Shown here in pieces: positions 1 to 9,640 of a stretch of DNA of 64,000 nucleotides. The stretch comes from Deltaproteobacteria bacterium (lineage in GTDB: Bacteria > Myxococcota > Kuafuiibacteriia > Kuafuiibacteriales > Kuafuiibacteriaceae). Below the pieces are notes generated by a model. The model ran no database searches and was not told the DNA's origin. It saw only the letters and a list, made by a program, of their open reading frames with translations. The position numbers and the translations under genes are program-made. The DNA is taken from positions 96,001-160,000 of the forward strand of contig JAVJQW010000049.1 of NCBI GenBank assembly GCA_040218735.1, written 5' to 3'. The number at the start of each line of letters is the position of its first letter. The first letter of the stretch is position 1.

Positions 1-6
1 CTGACC

Positions 7-1665
7 CTACCCACCGATCTTGCTGTTGAGCGCGTCGGCCAGGCTCGGGTCGGCCGGCTCGTCCTTGGACTTCTCCACCCGTGACGTCGCGCGCGCGCGC
101 GCCTCGTGTTTCGTGCCGAGCACCGCGCTGGGCACCCCCGTCGCATCCATCTGCGTCGCCGCGTCGAGGATGTTGAACCGCGCCCGCGAGGGGAGCGGTC
201 GGGTGTGCGCGGGGGGCGGCGGCTCGGAGCCGTCGAGCGCGCCGAAGGTGGTCGCCTCGTCCGGGTCACGCGTCGCCGCGGCGAGCGCTGCGGCGTCCAC
301 GGGGGACATCGCGATCGTCTGCGCGCCGCCCTCCGCGATGTCGTCTTCGTCCTCGTCGACTTCATCGTCCTCTTCGAGGTCGTGGATCGAGGACACCGCG
401 ATCGTCTGCGCGCCCGTATCACGCGTCACCGCCGACATCGCGATCGTCTGCGCGCCGATGTCCGACGGCTCGTCGGGCAACATCCCCGGCGGCACGGACG
501 ACATCGCGATCGTCTGGGCCTGCGGATCCATGCCGTAGTCGTCTTCGTCGTCCTCGTCCTCGTCGTCGCTCGACAGGCCGGGGAGCGGGTTGATCGCGAG
601 CGTCTGTCCGCCCGCGGCCTGGATGGCGTCGATCGCGCTGTAGCTGCGGGTCGGCGCAGAGGCGTCGCGGATGAGGTCGAGCGACTCGTAGGCCATCGTC
701 TGCGCGCCGAGGTCACCGTCGCTGTCGGTGGTGGCGTCGTCGATCGCGAGCGCGTTGGGCTCGCCGGACGGGTTCGTCGGCTGCAGTGGATAACCTTGGA
801 GGTTCACCGGCGGTCGCGACGGCGCATCGGTCGACGCGTCGTCGAAGTGTCCGCCGGGTCGCGGCGGTTCGGCGATCGAGTCGAAGCCTTCTTCGTCGTC
901 GATCTCCAGTGGGGCGTCGAGCGCGTCGAGGCTGCCGAGCGACAGCTCGATCGCACCCGAGGCGTCGATCTGTTGGGGCGTGAGCAGCTGCTGCTCCTGC
1001 GGCGGTTGCGCCAGCTCGCTCGGCACCGGCACCGGTCCGCCCGGCGTGGGCGCGCCGAGGTCGACGGGGACGACCGGCGGGAGGTGCACGTCGATCTTCG
1101 CGATCGGCGCGCTGCCGTTCGCCATCACGGCGTCGCCCGGCATCTCGTTTTCGCTCTCTTCGGCGGGCGGTGAATGTGTGCGCGCCATGGAGACGGCGCG
1201 GCCGAGGCTCCGCGGCGCAACCTGTCTTTCGAGCTGGACGGCGTCGGCCTCTTGTCCGAGCTCGCGGTAGATCGCGGCCGCCGTCGTGCGCGCGAGATCG
1301 GCGTCGCGTTTGCGGTCGATCGTCTCGTACACCTCGATGAGCTCGAGGTAGGGCGACGGGTCGCGACGGTTTACCTTCGCGAGCTGCTGCAGGACGGCGA
1401 TGCGTTTGAGGTGTTTGCCTTCGTCGGCGAAGCGCTTGGCGGCCTTGCGATAGGCGAGGGCGGCTTGCTCCGGGAAGCCGCGGCGCAGGCTCTCCTCGGC
1501 GAGGCGGATCATCTTGCGTTCGTCGCTCTCGGCGACGGTGCTGATGCGCGCGACGAGTGTCTGCGGCGCCGGCACGTTGAAGGCGGGGGCCTGCGGCGAC
1601 ACGGGATCCGGTTCGGCCTTCTTGCCGAACAGGCGCGCGAAGAATCGCTTGAAGAACCCGGCCAA
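7..1665 (-). CDS. Hypothetical protein: N-terminal TPR-like helices plus a long acidic disordered tail with repeated GAQTIA(M/V)S motifs
   Basis: 552-aa ORF with TTG start; helical N-terminus (AALAYRKAAKRF, LIEVYETI); Asp/Glu/Pro-rich tail with about 6 Thr-centred repeats. Confidence 0.75.
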   Translation of the reverse strand: MAGFFKRFFARLFGKKAEPDPVSPQAPAFNVPAPQTLVARISTVAESDERKMIRLAEESLRRGFPEQAALAYRKAAKRFADEGKHLKRIAVLQQLAKVNRRDPSPYLELIEVYETIDRKRDADLARTTAAAIYRELGQEADAVQLERQVAPRSLGRAVSMARTHSPPAEESENEMPGDAVMANGSAPIAKIDVHLPPVVPVDLGAPTPGGPVPVPSELAQPPQEQQLLTPQQIDASGAIELSLGSLDALDAPLEIDDEEGFDSIAEPPRPGGHFDDASTDAPSRPPVNLQGYPLQPTNPSGEPNALAIDDATTDSDGDLGAQTMAYESLDLIRDASAPTRSYSAIDAIQAAGGQTLAINPLPGLSSDDEDEDDEDDYGMDPQAQTIAMSSVPPGMLPDEPSDIGAQTIAMSAVTRDTGAQTIAVSSIHDLEEDDEVDEDEDDIAEGGAQTIAMSPVDAAALAAATRDPDEATTFGALDGSEPPPPAHTRPLPSRARFNILDAATQMDATGVPSAVLGTKHEARARATSRVEKSKDEPADPSLADALNSKIGG

Positions 1666-1760
1666 AACTCACGCCATAGTATACGTGCGGGGCGGCTCAC
1701 GGGTCCGCCGACCGTCCGACACGGTGCGTCGAGCTGCGGCTTTCGAGTACTCTGCCCCCG

Positions 1761-3515
1761 ATGGACCGGCGGCGCCTGGGTGAGAGCCTCTACACCGCGG
1801 GCACCCTCGCGCTCCCCTTGGGGATCGGCGCGGCGGGGGGGTACTGGATCGCGGACGCCGGTGCGCGGTGGGTCCCGACGACGCTCGGCGCGCTCCTCGT
1901 CGTCGGTGTCCTCGGGTTGGCGTTGCTCGCGGCCGGGAGCTCCCTGACCGCCACACAGCGCTCGCCGAAGACCAAGCGGTTCGTCTTCTTCACGCTCCTC
2001 GCGTTCCTGGCGGCGGTGCTGCGACTCGGCGTCTGGTGGGCGTCGACCCCGACGCCCCTCGCGACGCGCGACCACGCCGACTTCCTGCGGGTCTTCCGGG
2101 ACGACGTGAAGCAGGTCGCGGCGCTCGCGCACACGCTCGACGACGCCGGCGGGACGATCGCTGCGAGTGTCCCCGTGGAGGGGGTGCTGTCGGCGGACGC
2201 GGAGAAGGTCGTCGCCGACGCTTGGGCGGGCTACGTGCACGCGTCGTTCGCGCTCGACCAGGTGCGGCGCTACTACGAGGACTACTACAAGCTCGACCTG
2301 TCGAGGTTGGAGCGGACGCGGCACACGCTCTCGTTCCTGCTGACGTTCGCGGCGGAGCTCGCGCTGTTCGAGCGGACGTTGTTGTTGGAGTCGGCGGTGT
2401 CGAAGAACGCGAGCGTCGAGAAGTTCCTCGACCTCCCGCGTCCGCAACACGACTTGCCGGGCGACAGCTACTCGACGGCGAAGGAGGAGCTGCTCGGCGT
2501 GAGCGACTACTCGCGCATCGTCGCGGGCAAGAAGTACATGGCGTACCTCGCGACGCTACACGAGGTAGATCGCGAGGTGCGCGCGGCGGGGTTCGACGCG
2601 CTGTGGACGGACGTCACGGCCCGGCTCGAACGCCTCGCGGAGCACCCGAAGGTCGCGGTGGCCTTCGACTCGGTGACGAGTGACTTCGCGCCGATTCAGC
2701 GGAAGGTGAAACACTTCGCGTTCCCCGTGCAGAAGGAGGTCGCGGAGTGGATGGGCGACACGCGGGTGCGCCGGGCCGGGCACTACCTCGTGGACGACGC
2801 GCTGCAAGCCAAGTTGCAGACGAAGCTCCGCCCGGGCGACGTGATGCTCGCGCGGAAGAACTGGTACCTGTCGAACATCGGCCTCCCGGGCTTTTGGCCG
2901 CACGCCATGGTGTACGCGGGGACGCGCGCGCAGATCGCCGAGGCGTTCGACGAGGACCCGGAGGTGAGGGCGTACGTCGCTTCGTTGGGGCACGCCGGGA
3001 CCTTCTCGAGCTTCCTGGAGACGCGTTTCGTCCGGGTGTGGCGCTTGCTCGACGACCAGCCGATCGTCGAGGCGGTCTCGGAGGGCGTCGTGGTCAGCGA
3101 CATGCACCACGCGGCCGGGGACTACGTCGCGGCGCTGCGCCCGCGGCTGCGCCCGGTCGACAAGGCGAAGGCGATCGTTAGGGCGCTGTCGCTACTCGGG
3201 CGCCCGTACGACTTCGACTTCGACTTCGCGACCGACCACGCCGTGGTCTGCACGGAGCTGGTCTGGCGAAGCTACCGCGCCCACGACGGCGAGCCGGGAC
3301 TGGAGCTTCCGCTGTCGCGGATCGCGGGGCGCTTGACGCTGCCGGCGAACGAGATCGCGCGGGTGTTCCGGGACGAGGGGGACGGGGCCGCGCGGCAGTT
3401 CGACTTCGTGGCGTTCGTGGAGGGGCGGGAGCACCAGCAGGACGCGGTGGAGGCCGATGCGGAGGCGCTGGCGGCGACGGTGGATCGGTCGAAGTGGGAC
3501 TTCGGGCAGCCTTAG
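1761..3515 (+). CDS. Membrane-anchored permuted papain-like NlpC/P60 (YiiX/YaeF-type) amidase
   Basis: About 3 N-terminal TM helices; permuted motif order LRPGDVML...WPHAMVY...VEAVSEGV...GRPYDFDF...VCTELVWRSY (His before Cys). Confidence 0.85.
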   Translation: MDRRRLGESLYTAGTLALPLGIGAAGGYWIADAGARWVPTTLGALLVVGVLGLALLAAGSSLTATQRSPKTKRFVFFTLLAFLAAVLRLGVWWASTPTPLATRDHADFLRVFRDDVKQVAALAHTLDDAGGTIAASVPVEGVLSADAEKVVADAWAGYVHASFALDQVRRYYEDYYKLDLSRLERTRHTLSFLLTFAAELALFERTLLLESAVSKNASVEKFLDLPRPQHDLPGDSYSTAKEELLGVSDYSRIVAGKKYMAYLATLHEVDREVRAAGFDALWTDVTARLERLAEHPKVAVAFDSVTSDFAPIQRKVKHFAFPVQKEVAEWMGDTRVRRAGHYLVDDALQAKLQTKLRPGDVMLARKNWYLSNIGLPGFWPHAMVYAGTRAQIAEAFDEDPEVRAYVASLGHAGTFSSFLETRFVRVWRLLDDQPIVEAVSEGVVVSDMHHAAGDYVAALRPRLRPVDKAKAIVRALSLLGRPYDFDFDFATDHAVVCTELVWRSYRAHDGEPGLELPLSRIAGRLTLPANEIARVFRDEGDGAARQFDFVAFVEGREHQQDAVEADAEALAATVDRSKWDFGQP

Positions 3516-3628
3516 GGTTGCCTAAGCGCGAACGGAAGGATGGTGCGCCGGCGAGCATCGGGCGCCTTAGCGCGGACCGAAGAACGGTGCGCCGGCGGTG
3601 GCGGGTGCTCGTTCGAATTGAATTCGAT

Positions 3629-4070
3629 CGCGGGCTGGTGAGCGGGAGAGGCTTGGGGTGAGGCCGTGCGCCGAAACGGTGGGGCGTGCCGCGTTGGGGG
3701 GCGAGGTGCGCCGACTCGCGTGTACGCCTTGCCGGTCGCGGTTGGGGTGTTGGGGTCCGGGCGAGCGTTGGCGCGCGTGCTTTGCGGGGCAGAGCTCGCT
3801 CGAAAGTGTCGCATGTAGTTGGCGCTTCTTGGGGCGCATTCCGTTCGATCCGAATCTGAACGCGGGCTGGTGAGTGGGTAGGGCTTGGGATGAGGCCGTG
3901 CGCCGGTGGGGCGCGCCGCGTTGTGGGGGCGAGGTGCGCCGACTCGCGTGTGCGCCTCGCCGATCGCGGTTGGTGCGTGGGGGGCCGGGCGAGCGTTGGC
4001 GCGCGTGCTTTGCGGGGCAGAGCTCGCTCGAAAGTGTCGCAGGTAGTTGGCGCTTCTGGGGGCGCGTTCG
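3629..4070. repeat. Tandem direct duplication, period about 232 bp, 2 diverged copies
   Basis: Copies begin CGCGGGCTGGTGAG at 3629 and 3861 and share long identical blocks such as CCGGGCGAGCGTTGGCGCGCGTGCTTTGCGGGGCAGAGCTCGCTCGAAAGTGTCGCA. Confidence 0.9.
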
Positions 4071-4437
4071 CTGAATAGCCGGCCCCTGGACTCGATGCGC
4101 TGGCGAGGTGGCCTCGCGGTTGTGTGCGCTCGCGGCGACTTTCGGTTCTTGGCGGCCCCGATGGCTGCTTTTGTGTCTGGCCATCGTTCGCTCCAACGAC
4201 GCGGTCGGCGCTCGTTGCGCTGAGCGTGAGAGCGCGTTTCTGGCGCGAGAGCCTTCCGTCGCTTTCACCCGAGGTCGCCCCCGCTCGGTGTCGAGCTCGA
4301 GTCGGTTCTCATTCGATCGGACTTCCCGCCAAGTCTTTGCCGAGGGGGGCAACGTCCATCGGGTCCGTCCTCCTACTGTCGAGTTCGAAAAGTCGTGGGT
4401 TGTTCCCTTGAAGATAAGATGTTAGCCTTATTCAAGA

Positions 4438-5121
4438 GTGCAGGGCGTACTGAGATTCCCGTTCGGGCACGGTGGTGCTCGGAAGAACGCGGGTCGGAAG
4501 AAGGGCCGAGGTCGACGGAACGTCGAGCATCGTCGGCGCGAGTCGATCCCCAAGGGAGCGCCCGTTCACGTGACGCTCCGGGTCTCTCGGGCCGTGGGGA
4601 ACCTGCGGAGCAAGCGGCGCTTTCAGCCGATCAAGCAGGCGCTGCGGGACGGTAGCGAGCGCTTCGCGTGCCGCCTCGTGCACTTTTCCGTGCAGAAGAA
4701 TCACCTGCACCTGCTGGTGGAACCTCGGGACCGGCGCTCACTGATGCGCGCGATGAAGGGGATGCAGGTTCGCCTGGCGCGTCGTCTCAACACCGCGCTG
4801 AAGCGGCGGGGGCAGGTGTTCTCGGACCGGTACCACACACACGTGCTTCGGTCGCCGCGGGAGGCGCGGCACGCGATCGCCTACGTCCTGCTGAACGCCC
4901 GCAAACACGCGGCGCGGGGTGGCCATACGTTGCCTAGGCGCTGGATCGATCCCTACTCGTCGGCGCGCTGGTTCGACGGATTCGAGAATGGAGGGTGGGT
5001 CACGACGGATGAGGTTCGCATCGGTGGGCCGCCTGGCGTTTGGCTCCTGCGAAAGGGGTGGCGCGACGCCGGGCCGATCTTCGTGGAGGAGGTCCCCGGC
5101 CGTCGGTTGCGCGGTCGGTGA
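4438..5121 (+). mobile_element. Y1 HUH transposase (IS200/REP-associated tyrosine transposase, RAYT-like)
   Basis: PVHVTLR, HUH motif QKNHLHLLVE, GQVFSDRYH, catalytic Tyr in AIAYVLLNARKH, DPYSS; N-terminal GGARKNAGRK. Confidence 0.85.
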
Positions 5122-5242
5122 GCGCTACCTCGCCACCGCGCACGTCCACGTGAACGCGGCCACCGGGTTTCCGGGAGGCGTCTGCGCGTTCGGTGAGCGC
5201 TACCTCGCCACCGCGCACGTCGACGTGAACGCGGCCACCGGG
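5115..5242. repeat. 53-bp direct repeat (5115-5167 and 5190-5242), 1 mismatch
   Basis: TCGGTGAGCGCTACCTCGCCACCGCGCACGTC[C/G]ACGTGAACGCGGCCACCGGG occurs twice; copy 2 covers the 3' end of the convergent gene. Confidence 0.92.
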
Positions 5243-6246
5243 CCCTCCAGGCAGTAGCCGATCGGATCCGGACACGGCCACCACGTGGGCGCCGACGTCG
5301 CCGTGGTTGCGAAGGCACGCGCCGTCTCGTCGACGTAGCAGCCGCAGCCGTCGCAGCGGACGCGCTGGGAGTGGAACGTCAGCATCTCGAGCTGCGCGTT
5401 GCGGCGGCACGTGATCCCCCCGAGGGGCTCTTCGTCCTCGTCGACGACGACGGGCGGAGGGAGGCTCATCAGGGGGGCGCCCGCGCACTCCGTCGCGGTG
5501 GTCCCGCAGACGACCAGCGGATCCAGGGGCGGGTTCACCGTCACCGAGACGTCGATCGGCGACGCCTGTGTTCCGAAGATTTGATGGCGGCACCGCACAC
5601 TCGCGGAAGGGACGTCCGAGTCGCTCACAACGATCGATGCCTCGCGCGCCGCCGCGATCGCGAGGTCGTCCAACGTGCCGACGACGCCGACGAACGCGGT
5701 GAAGCGCCCGTTGGTCGCGGTCTCGTACAGCGCGAACTGCTCCGACGACATCTGGGAGAGGATCGACTCGATGTCGAAGACGTAGGCGACGAACGCGTTG
5801 AAGGACGAGTCTGCGCCGATCACTCGGTCCGGGCCGCCGTCCTCGAGGCTGCGGGCGTCGAAGCTGCCGCTGTCGTCGAGGTCCTCGTAGACCACGAAGC
5901 GCGGGCGGTAGGCGTTACCGCGCGTCGGGAAGTTACCGTTGAAGCCGAAGCCGATCGCCTCCTTCGGGGACAGCAGATCGATCTGGTCGGCGGGCGGCGC
6001 GACGACGTCGAGCGTGATCGTGGTGCTCGTGACGACCTGGTCGAGCGTCACGACGTACCCCGTCGACGGCTCCCCGGCGTCGCTCACCTCGCTCGTGACC
6101 CACACGACCGCGAGCCGCACCGGGTGCGTGACGACGAGGTTCGGCGCCGGCTCCAACACGAGCTTCACCCGCCCCGGGAGCGGCGCGCGTGTCGCCTCCG
6201 GACGACACGCCGCGAGCAACGCGAGCAGCAGGACGGCGCGCTTCAC
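5200..6246 (-). CDS. Hypothetical lipoprotein with Cys-rich C-terminus
   Basis: Lipobox MKRAVLLLALLAAC; GTG start overlaps the upstream stop; EF-hand-like YEDLDDSGSFD loop. Confidence 0.75.
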   Translation of the reverse strand: MKRAVLLLALLAACRPEATRAPLPGRVKLVLEPAPNLVVTHPVRLAVVWVTSEVSDAGEPSTGYVVTLDQVVTSTTITLDVVAPPADQIDLLSPKEAIGFGFNGNFPTRGNAYRPRFVVYEDLDDSGSFDARSLEDGGPDRVIGADSSFNAFVAYVFDIESILSQMSSEQFALYETATNGRFTAFVGVVGTLDDLAIAAAREASIVVSDSDVPSASVRCRHQIFGTQASPIDVSVTVNPPLDPLVVCGTTATECAGAPLMSLPPPVVVDEDEEPLGGITCRRNAQLEMLTFHSQRVRCDGCGCYVDETARAFATTATSAPTWWPCPDPIGYCLEGPVAAFTSTCAVAR

Positions 6247-7547
6247 AAGAACACCTCCGCTTCCACCACCACATAATCACCCGGCTCGAACCGCCGACGC
6301 ACGGGGTCGGTCAGGAACTGATCACTCGCGACCTGTTTGTTGGTGATGAACGCGTTGATCCGGTGCGGCAGCTCCGGCCACGGCCGGACCTCCACCCCGA
6401 AGCGGTAGTAGACCTCGACCCACTGCCCGGGCGCGCGGTGCCCCTGCACGTAAGTGACGCGGTCCTCGCCGCGCGGGTTGTCGAGCGAGCGGAGCAGGAT
6501 CTCCGTCGTCCCCGTCACGTAGAGGTAGTCGACGACCGGGATGCGCACCTCACCCATCAACGTGTGCGCCCACTGGTCGAACAGCGGACCGAAGTCGAAG
6601 AACTCATAGCTGTTCGTGACGTACGTGTTCTCACGCTCGGGCGTGCTGAACACCAACGTGGGGACCTCGGCGGTCGTGCGCGGGCTGAACCCACGACCGT
6701 AGTAACGCGCTTGGTAACCGACGTGGAAACCGGCGCCCCAGATGTCGCCGAACGCGGCGTCGAAGCGGATCATCCCCGCCGTCTCGAGTGAGTTGCGCAG
6801 CCGCGCACCGTACTCCGCCGAGACCCCCGCCCACTCCGTGAGGGGCCAGTTGAACGAAGCCGTGAGGTAGTGCGCCGCGGGGTTCACGTCGGTCGTCGTG
6901 AACTGCCAGCGCGCGAAGTTGAGCTCCAGCCGCCCGTCGAGCGCGCCGAGCGCGAAGGTGATGAGGTCGTCGTCGCTCCAGAACACCCGCCCGCCGAAGA
7001 GGTGGCGGAAATAGAAACCGTCGTACCCGATGCTGAGGATCTGCCCCTCCAACGGGATGCGCTCCAGCAGCAAACCCTGGCCGAGGGTCACCGGGCCGAG
7101 GTCGACGCCGATACCGTCGATGTCGAGCGGGACACCGTCGATGACCCACTCGTCGTAGTGCAGGTGCACGCTGACACCCGCGGAGATCTGCGAAGACAAC
7201 CGAAAGCCGTCGCTCGCGGAGGGGTTCGCGACGAGGACCTCGACGTTCACGTCGACGAAGTCGAGCGGCTGCACCGCGAGGAACCCGTCGAAGAGGAAGT
7301 ACCCGTGGTAGCGACTCTGCGGGTTGATGCCGCCGGTCTGCTGTGTACCGACGCTCGCGTCCGCCGCGAGCGCGAGCCAGTCGAGGTCGTTGCCGAAGCG
7401 AAAGTGCTGCCCCGGCGCGCGGATCTGCGTGAAGAGCTCGCGGTTGATCAGCCGACGATCGAGGAGCGTCCACGGATCACGTGGGTCGTCGAAGATCGGA
7501 GGTGGCGCCGACGAGACGAGCAGCGCAGCGAGGACGGTGAGGCTCAT
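6243..7547 (-). CDS. Hypothetical exported protein, probable outer-membrane beta-barrel
   Basis: Signal peptide; aromatic-rich alternating strands (FHVGYQARYY, YYRFGVEVRPW); ends YVVVEAEVFL. Confidence 0.65.
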   Translation of the reverse strand: MSLTVLAALLVSSAPPPIFDDPRDPWTLLDRRLINRELFTQIRAPGQHFRFGNDLDWLALAADASVGTQQTGGINPQSRYHGYFLFDGFLAVQPLDFVDVNVEVLVANPSASDGFRLSSQISAGVSVHLHYDEWVIDGVPLDIDGIGVDLGPVTLGQGLLLERIPLEGQILSIGYDGFYFRHLFGGRVFWSDDDLITFALGALDGRLELNFARWQFTTTDVNPAAHYLTASFNWPLTEWAGVSAEYGARLRNSLETAGMIRFDAAFGDIWGAGFHVGYQARYYGRGFSPRTTAEVPTLVFSTPERENTYVTNSYEFFDFGPLFDQWAHTLMGEVRIPVVDYLYVTGTTEILLRSLDNPRGEDRVTYVQGHRAPGQWVEVYYRFGVEVRPWPELPHRINAFITNKQVASDQFLTDPVRRRFEPGDYVVVEAEVFL

Positions 7548-7571
7548 CGACGTGAGGGGCGGACGGTATCA

Positions 7572-9602
7572 CTACTCGGGCGGGTGCGTCGTCGGCGTAT
7601 CTTCGAGCAGTTTCTTGGCCGCCGCGAACGCGTCGTCGTCGCCCGCGATGCCCAGGACGTCGCCAGCGCGCAGGACCTCGTGGCCCGTGGGCAACACACG
7701 CTCGTCGTCGGCGCGGAGGATCGATATCACCGTGGCGCCGGTGCGCCGCCGCAGGTCGAGGTCCGCGAGCGTGCGGCCGACAGCGCCGTCGGACGCCGCG
7801 ACGGTCAACGAAGTGATGCGCTCGAGCGCCGGGAGCTTGGGGGCAGGGGGTTGGCCCGTCCGGTCCACGAACGCCGCGGCGATCCGCTCCGTCCCGGACG
7901 CGAGCTCGTGCTCGGCCACCGACGACGCACGCCAGAGGTAGGCCATGAACGCCAACACCGCCGCGGCGAGGAGCGGGGCGGCGAGCGGCGCACCGAGCAC
8001 CGGACGAAGCACCGCGACCGCCGGGACGCCGACGCCGAGGAGCACCAGGAGGTGGACGATACCCCGCAGGAGTCGCACGACGACCTTGGCCGTCTCGGAG
8101 GTTCGCTGGTCCGCCGGCAGGAGCTCCTGCGCGAGGTGACGTGACAGGCGCGTCGACGTGCTGATCAACGCGAGGAGGATCGGGAGCGCGACGCCGAGGA
8201 CCCCCGCGGTGACCAACCACGGTCCCCGCGAAGGCCCGACGAGTGAGCTCGCCCAGGCCAGCAGGTCCGGTCGCCACGCGAGCACGAACGTCAGGAAGAC
8301 GATCAGCGCGATGGCGTCGAGCGCGATCGCCCGGAGCGTGCGCACGAGGAAGGCGCGCCCCGCGGCGGAGCGTCGTCGCCCGAGCCACTCGCGCCACGTC
8401 TCGTAGAGCTGAAGGAGCACGAAGAGGCGCCGCGGGAGGTGGGCCTCCAGGCGATCCGCGATGCGCTCGGCGTTGTTCACGACCATCGGCGTCGTGAACG
8501 CCGTCAACACCGCGACGGTGACGAGCACCGGCTGGAGCATGTCGGGGACGACGCCAGCGGCGCGCCCGATGCCGGCGATGATGAAGGCAAACTCACCGAT
8601 CTGTCCGAGGGAGAGCGCGGCGACGATCGAACGTCTGAATCCGCTCCCCGACGCGAGTCCGACGAACATGATGATGAACAGCTGCCCGCCGATGACGAGC
8701 GCGAAGACGATGAGTGAGACGTCGATGTATTGGAGCGCTTGGCGCGGATCGACGGTCATCCCGATCGAGACGAAGAACAACGCGGCGAAGACGTCGCGCA
8801 TCGGTTCGATGACGTGCTCCACGTCGTGGCCGTGACCCGACTCGGCGACGAGGATGCCGCCGATGAACGCGCCGAGCGCGACCGAGTAACCGGCGTGCTC
8901 CGCGATGATCGCGAGCGCGAAGCAGAGGCCGAGCGCGACGACGACCAGGATCTCCTTGCTCGCGAAGCTCGCGACGCGCCGGACGATCGGAGGCACGACG
9001 AACAGCCCCGCGACGACGAGCACGAAGAGCAGCCCCCCGAGGCGGCCGAGCGTGAGGAGGAGGTCCTTCGGGCCGAGGCCGCCGCCCGCGGCGACGCCGG
9101 TCGTCACGGCGATCAGAACGATCGCGAGGACGTCCTGCACGACGAGCACCCCCAACACGTGGGACTTCACCGCCCCTGGCACTTTGGATTGGGCGAAGAC
9201 CTTGCTCACCACCATCGTGCTGGAGATCGCGATGCTCGCGCCGAGGAACACCGACGCGACGATCGTCCAGCCGAGGAGCTGCCCGAGTGTGAAGCCGCAC
9301 CAGACCATGAAGCCGACCTCCACCACGCCGGTCAGGCCGGAGGTCGGGAGCACGCGCAGCAGCGTCTCGATGCGGAACTCGAGGCCGACGGCGAACATGA
9401 CGAGCACGACGCCGAGCTCGGCGAGGGTCTCGATGCGGTGCGGGTCGGCGAAGATCGGGATCGGGATGTACGGGCCGACGATCAGTCCGGCGAAGAGATA
9501 GCCGAGGATCGTCGGCTGCCGTAGCCAACGGGTGACGACACTCATCAGCGCCGCGACGGCGAGGACGAGGCCGAGATCGACGACGAGTGAAGCGCCGTGC
9601 AC
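7572..9602 (-). CDS. CPA2-family cation:proton antiporter with C-terminal TrkA-C (RCK_C) domain
   Basis: Multiple TM helices; LAELGVVLVMFAVGLEF, ISSTMVVSK, VQDVLAI, QIGEFAFII; C-terminal GRTLADLDLRRRTGATVISILR. Confidence 0.92.
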   Translation of the reverse strand: MHGASLVVDLGLVLAVAALMSVVTRWLRQPTILGYLFAGLIVGPYIPIPIFADPHRIETLAELGVVLVMFAVGLEFRIETLLRVLPTSGLTGVVEVGFMVWCGFTLGQLLGWTIVASVFLGASIAISSTMVVSKVFAQSKVPGAVKSHVLGVLVVQDVLAIVLIAVTTGVAAGGGLGPKDLLLTLGRLGGLLFVLVVAGLFVVPPIVRRVASFASKEILVVVALGLCFALAIIAEHAGYSVALGAFIGGILVAESGHGHDVEHVIEPMRDVFAALFFVSIGMTVDPRQALQYIDVSLIVFALVIGGQLFIIMFVGLASGSGFRRSIVAALSLGQIGEFAFIIAGIGRAAGVVPDMLQPVLVTVAVLTAFTTPMVVNNAERIADRLEAHLPRRLFVLLQLYETWREWLGRRRSAAGRAFLVRTLRAIALDAIALIVFLTFVLAWRPDLLAWASSLVGPSRGPWLVTAGVLGVALPILLALISTSTRLSRHLAQELLPADQRTSETAKVVVRLLRGIVHLLVLLGVGVPAVAVLRPVLGAPLAAPLLAAAVLAFMAYLWRASSVAEHELASGTERIAAAFVDRTGQPPAPKLPALERITSLTVAASDGAVGRTLADLDLRRRTGATVISILRADDERVLPTGHEVLRAGDVLGIAGDDDAFAAAKKLLEDTPTTHPPE

Positions 9603-9640
9603 GACTCAATCTTTCTTGCGCGACGACGGCGCGCAACGGT

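Noticed and set aside
3567-4352. 261-aa minus-strand ORF with internal repeat
   Set aside because: Arg/Pro/Ser-rich translation of the DNA duplication with no protein-like features
5115-5242. Possible DGR template/variable repeat pair at a gene 3' end
   Set aside because: The single mismatch is C/G rather than adenine-specific, the repeat is short, and there is no reverse transcriptase in the window
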